DNA of 39,415 bases from Bdellovibrionota bacterium FG-2 (GTDB lineage: Bacteria > Bdellovibrionota > UBA1018), in assembly GCA_051382305.1 (NCBI GenBank), contig JBBCAV010000338.1, positions 1-39,415 on the forward strand, in the 5' to 3' direction. The notes beneath the pieces were generated by a model. That model was not told where the DNA came from. It was given only the letters and a program-made list of their open reading frames with translations, and did not search any database. Position numbers and translations under genes: made by a program. How positions within the stretch are numbered: position 1 is the first letter of the stretch; every line of letters starts with the position of its first letter. Shown in pieces: positions 36,101 through 39,415 of the stretch.

Positions 36101-36946
36101 TTGAACGAAACTTCACGTATGAGCGCACTTCATCTTCCCGGCACCCTTGTAAACGCAGAATGGTTGTCCGCTAATCTGCGGCACCCTGATCTTGCTGTCC
36201 TCGATGCGAGCATGCAACCGGAGCTAGCCGATGGCATCCATTACGGAATTCCTGGGGCGAGACATTTTGATTACGACAAAAAGATTTGCGACCAGAAAAG
36301 CCAGCTGCCTCACATGATGCCTTCTGCCGAAGAATTCGAAAACGAGGTGAGGAAACTCGGAATCAATAGAGCTTCTGTCATCGTTATTTACGACCAGCAA
36401 GGCGTTTACGCTAGTCCTCGTGCGTGGTGGATGTTCAAGGCGATGGGGCATGAGCAGGTCGCGGTTCTTGATGGGGGATTGCCGGCGTGGAAAGCGATGG
36501 GTTTTCCGGTGGAGCCGCTTTCGAGCTCCGTTTTGATTGGTGGATTTAAGGCAAGCCCACGCGATGGCTTTTTTTGTGGCGCCGATTTTGTGGAAAGAAT
36601 CCGGAGCGCACAGGACTGCGCCCTCATAGACGCAAGGTCTGAGGAACGATTTTTGGGCCGTGCACCTGAGCCTCGGCCGGGACTGAGGGCGGGGCATATT
36701 CCGGGTGCGATCAATCTTCATTTTGAACGGGTACAAGAACTGGGACGCATGAGGAGTGCGGCGGAGTTGAAGGTGCTTTTTGATTCGAAAACGAAGGGCC
36801 GCGAAAAGCTTGTATTCAGTTGTGGGTCCGGAGTTACGGCATGCATCCTTGCTTTGGGCGCGACGATTGCGGGGTTCAAAGAAATTACTGTTTACGACGG
36901 TTCTTGGAGCGAGTGGGGAATACCGTCAGTGCGAACGGTGCGGTGA
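36101..36946 (+). CDS. sseA: 3-mercaptopyruvate sulfurtransferase (tandem rhodanese)
   Basis: RAWWM, GHIPGA, active-site CGSGVTA and YDGSWSEW motifs; the start may be ATG 36119. Confidence 0.92.
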   Translation: MNETSRMSALHLPGTLVNAEWLSANLRHPDLAVLDASMQPELADGIHYGIPGARHFDYDKKICDQKSQLPHMMPSAEEFENEVRKLGINRASVIVIYDQQGVYASPRAWWMFKAMGHEQVAVLDGGLPAWKAMGFPVEPLSSSVLIGGFKASPRDGFFCGADFVERIRSAQDCALIDARSEERFLGRAPEPRPGLRAGHIPGAINLHFERVQELGRMRSAAELKVLFDSKTKGREKLVFSCGSGVTACILALGATIAGFKEITVYDGSWSEWGIPSVRTVR

Positions 36947-36991
36947 GCAGCGCCTCGCTTCAACCATATGACATTATGTTTATTTTTAGGC

Positions 36992-37013
36992 TAGCCTGTA
37001 TCGATACAGGCTA
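36992..37013. repeat. Perfect 22-bp palindrome
   Basis: tagcctgtatcgatacaggcta is its own reverse complement. Confidence 0.85.
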
Positions 37014-37161
37014 TACCTCGTGTGCGCCGCTATCCGGATTTCGGAATTGATTAGATTTGGATTCCTATTTCGCGTGAACTAGCTCATCACCTTTCACATT
37101 CCTACGCAATCCTCGGGAAACCGTGTTAAATATCTCGCCATCGGCGCAGAGGGAGATATTC

Positions 37162-37749
37162 ATGAACATCACAGTACTGGCTTGGACCATTTCAACTGGG
37201 CGTTTGCCGCGCCTCCCAAGACTACACGAGCAACACGATCAACTGGTCTCAACTCGCCAAGCAAGACGCTTCATGGCTGTTAGGTATTTTAGAATCCAAC
37301 CACCCAGGAAAAGCGCTGGGTGATCCTCAGTTTTTAGAAAGATTTGAGCAAGCCCGCAAGCTCAGCGCATTATCTGAACAGACAAATGATTTTAATTCCT
37401 ATTATTTTCTCCTGCGCGCGATCGCCAACACCTTTGAGGACATTCATCTTCGCGTTAACCCATTCGATATTAACTCGTTTGCCAGACTGAGAATGCGTTG
37501 GCCTGGTTTTTATGTAAGTTTTCCTGCCGGGGTGATTCACAGTGGGCCCTACGACAAGGCCCAGGTGCTTTCGTGCGACGGAAAAAGTTTGGACGAACTG
37601 TTTGCATCGCACACCTTGCCGTATTACGGAGTGCCCTCGCTTGAATCAAGTCTGTTCCAGTGGGGACCGCGCACCTTTTTGGATTTCGAACTGCCTTGGC
37701 AAAGTCCAATCAAGACCTGCTTGATTCAAAAAGAAGGGGAGAGTGCGCC
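37162..37749 (+). pseudogene. 5' part of an S41-peptidase-like gene, frameshifted and cut by the IS
   Basis: SD GGGAG plus ATG 37162 in one frame. The adjacent frame is open from 37166 and reads INWSQLAKQDA...ESNHPG...DPQF...YYFLLRAIANTFEDIHL...WPGF, as in S41 peptidase N-termini. Ends at the IS terminus (37750). Confidence 0.6.
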
Positions 37750-37766
37750 CATAGGTGATCGGTATT
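37750..37766 (+). repeat. Left terminal inverted repeat
   Basis: cataggtgatcggtatt is the reverse complement of 39399-39415. Confidence 0.95.
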
Positions 37767-37788
37767 ATTCCCTCCAAATTTCGTAGGG

Positions 37789-38148
37789 TTACATTTTTTT
37801 GTCCCGCGGTTTTCGATCCTTCTCCACTTCGACCACTGCAAGCGCCTGACTCAGTTCGAGGATTTTTGTGATCAACTCGTCCAGTCGTCGTCTGTTGTCG
37901 ATCCATTTTTTGATTTGTGATGCCATTTGCGGTGTCACCATTTTTGAACTCAGCTTTCCGCCTACCTTTCGATCCCATAGCCAATAGGGTCCGTGGCGGC
38001 CTTTCTGATCAGTTTGGCAGATACAGTTTTGTTTGCCGCACTTTGAATAAATACTTCGAAGCGTGCCTGGAACTGCCAGATCAAAGTTAGCTAATTGCAA
38101 CTTCAATTCGGTTAGTTTTTTTTCTTGGTTTAGTTTTGTCTTGCTCAT
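37789..38148 (-). CDS. DUF6788-like Cys/His small protein carried inside the IS
   Basis: PGTL...KCGKQNCIC.....HGPYW.W....GK pattern flanked by coiled-coil-like helices. Confidence 0.8.
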   Translation of the reverse strand: MSKTKLNQEKKLTELKLQLANFDLAVPGTLRSIYSKCGKQNCICQTDQKGRHGPYWLWDRKVGGKLSSKMVTPQMASQIKKWIDNRRRLDELITKILELSQALAVVEVEKDRKPRDKKM

Positions 38149-38159
38149 CCCTTTACATA

Positions 38160-38184
38160 TCTGTACATTCTATAAATGTACAGA
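38160..38184. promoter_or_regulatory. Palindromic operator-like site between the divergent IS genes
   Basis: tctgtacatt-ctata-aatgtacaga has perfect 10-bp arms and overlaps a minus-strand TTTAAA-17-TAGAAT promoter candidate. Confidence 0.65.
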
Positions 38185-38204
38185 ACTATTTTAAAGAAAA
38201 TGCG

Positions 38205-39397
38205 ATGAAATTGAAAAAATATCTCGACGAATTGAAGAATCACTTTTGCGAAATTAAAAACGATGACCCAAGGGCAAATATTGGTACTCGCGATTTCATT
38301 GCTACCTTGGTGTTTTGCTTTTCACGGGATAAGGAAAAATGCCGAACGCTGGACTGTATTCGCAAGTTTGTTCAAACCACTCTTTGTATTAACATCAGTC
38401 GTGGGGGTTTTTGGGAGAGGGTTGCCACGCACAAGCTCCAAGACACCATGCGTGGGGTCGTGGCGTCGCTGCTGCAATCGTTCGCGGGTGGACTTGAGAT
38501 CACTTGCGGACTTTTGAAAGTCTTAAGGGTGAGCGGCATACTGCTGCTGGACTCAAGCTCTTCTACGCTCCCAAAGGCGGCTAAGAAGAATTTTCCAGCT
38601 CCGATAAAAAACGTTGTTCCTGCGTCCATAAAACTCCATCTCTGTTTTGACCTCTTTTCTGGCTCGATAAACTGGTTCAAACTTACTCCCGCTAAAAGTC
38701 ACGACCGAAAGAGCTTTCCCCCTTTGCAAAAGCTTATCGGAAAACTCATTATTTTTGATCTTGGATATTGGGATTATCAACTCCTGGCCGACATTAAATC
38801 CATTGGCGCCTTTTTTCTTACGCGGGTAAAAACCAACGCCATCATTCAGGTGATGACGGTTATTCGCGGACTACCCAAGAAGCGCTTCGAGGGCGGTACA
38901 TTACTTAATCGACGACTCCCAAAGAAGAAGAGCAAAATCGTCGAAGTCGTTAGGCGATATGGTACGCAACGAACCTCTTAGTGCCAGCTGAATTAATTTA
39001 CCCACTATATCGACTCCGGTGGCAAATTGAACTGGTTTTCAAAGCCTTCAAAAGTTGTTTCCGACTTGCCGATCTCCCCTCCGCAAATACTCACATCATT
39101 CACGTCCTTATTTATGCGGCTTTGATTGCAGCAATTATTGCATACCCGCTTGCAAATATTCTTGCCCTAGAATTTAAGAAAGAAAAGCGGATGACGCCGT
39201 CTTTCCAACGCTCCGGAATGATCATTGTTCAATGCGCGACGCACTGGGTGGACTTCTTGATTTCCCGATCGCCCGAGGCTGGCGCAATTCTAATCAAAAA
39301 ACTCAAATTACAGAAAAATGAACTCTTCGACCCAAACTGGAAAAGGAGGGAAACATCGTTGGCACGGACGATACGAATGGCAGAGGCTTATGCGTAA
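38205..39397 (+). pseudogene. IS4-family transposase, split by a frameshift near 38950-38980
   Basis: LLDSS (D1) and FDLGY (D2) lie in frame 1; WYATNL and the YREK signature YRLRWQIELVFK lie in a different frame. Start at ATG 38205. Confidence 0.85.
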
Positions 39398-39398
39398 A

Positions 39399-39415
39399 AA
39401 TACCGATCACCTATG
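39399..39415 (-). repeat. Right terminal inverted repeat (last bases of the window)
   Basis: aataccgatcacctatg. Confidence 0.95.

Larger units (their letters stand above)
37750..39415 (+). mobile_element. IS4-family insertion sequence (1666 bp) with a divergent passenger gene
   Basis: Perfect 17-bp terminal inverted repeats beginning CAT, enclosing an IS4-type transposase and a DUF6788-like ORF. Confidence 0.92.

Noticed and set aside
36957-36984. Second dif-like site (TTATGTTTATT)
   Set aside because: Only the XerD-like arm matches; there is no credible XerC arm at the correct spacing.
38161-38183. LexA SOS box (CTGT...ACAG)
   Set aside because: The spacer is 15 nt rather than 8; kept only as a generic operator-like palindrome.
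951-38780. Numerous 60-190 aa ORFs overlapping the called genes on the opposite strand or in other frames
   Set aside because: Shadow ORFs with no recognisable motifs or SDs, nested within well-supported genes.

Overview
Bacterial chromosomal window. Gene content (PilZ membrane protein, four-helix-bundle protein, several secreted hypotheticals, amidase) suggests Bdellovibrionota or a related group, but that is inference only. Bases 1-~8180 are the end of a genomic island abutting the 3' end of a tRNA-Arg(ACG) gene (8183-8260, minus). The island holds a large serine recombinase whose last codons are read from the tRNA antisense strand, a 5'-truncated VirD4/TraD-like coupling protein, and a 3'-truncated IS91-family transposase ending in a palindromic, dif-like site. 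It also holds an unusual co-oriented module of two different DDE (rve) transposases around a 74-aa ORF, with no ATPase; this is the best candidate for an undescribed system. 8.4-37 kb is mostly core or housekeeping DNA: YjbQ, Pif1-like helicase, Hsp33, a cytochrome c/Rieske/cytochrome b-c fusion operon, REC-XRE regulator, hemerythrin, SDR, PilZ, TadA, GMC oxidase, methyltransferase, GltP-type symporter, PepN, amidase, pirin/DoxX/LysR, ABC-F and SseA. A small decayed patch at 20.3-23.3 kb contains two pseudogenes and an AAA-ATPase/PD-(D/E)XK gene with tandem palindromic upstream repeats. The window ends exactly on the terminal inverted repeat of a 1666-bp IS4-family element. That element carries a divergent DUF6788-like gene and interrupts an S41-peptidase-like gene. 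Several genes appear to be leaderless. All family assignments were made by eye from motifs; no database search was run.
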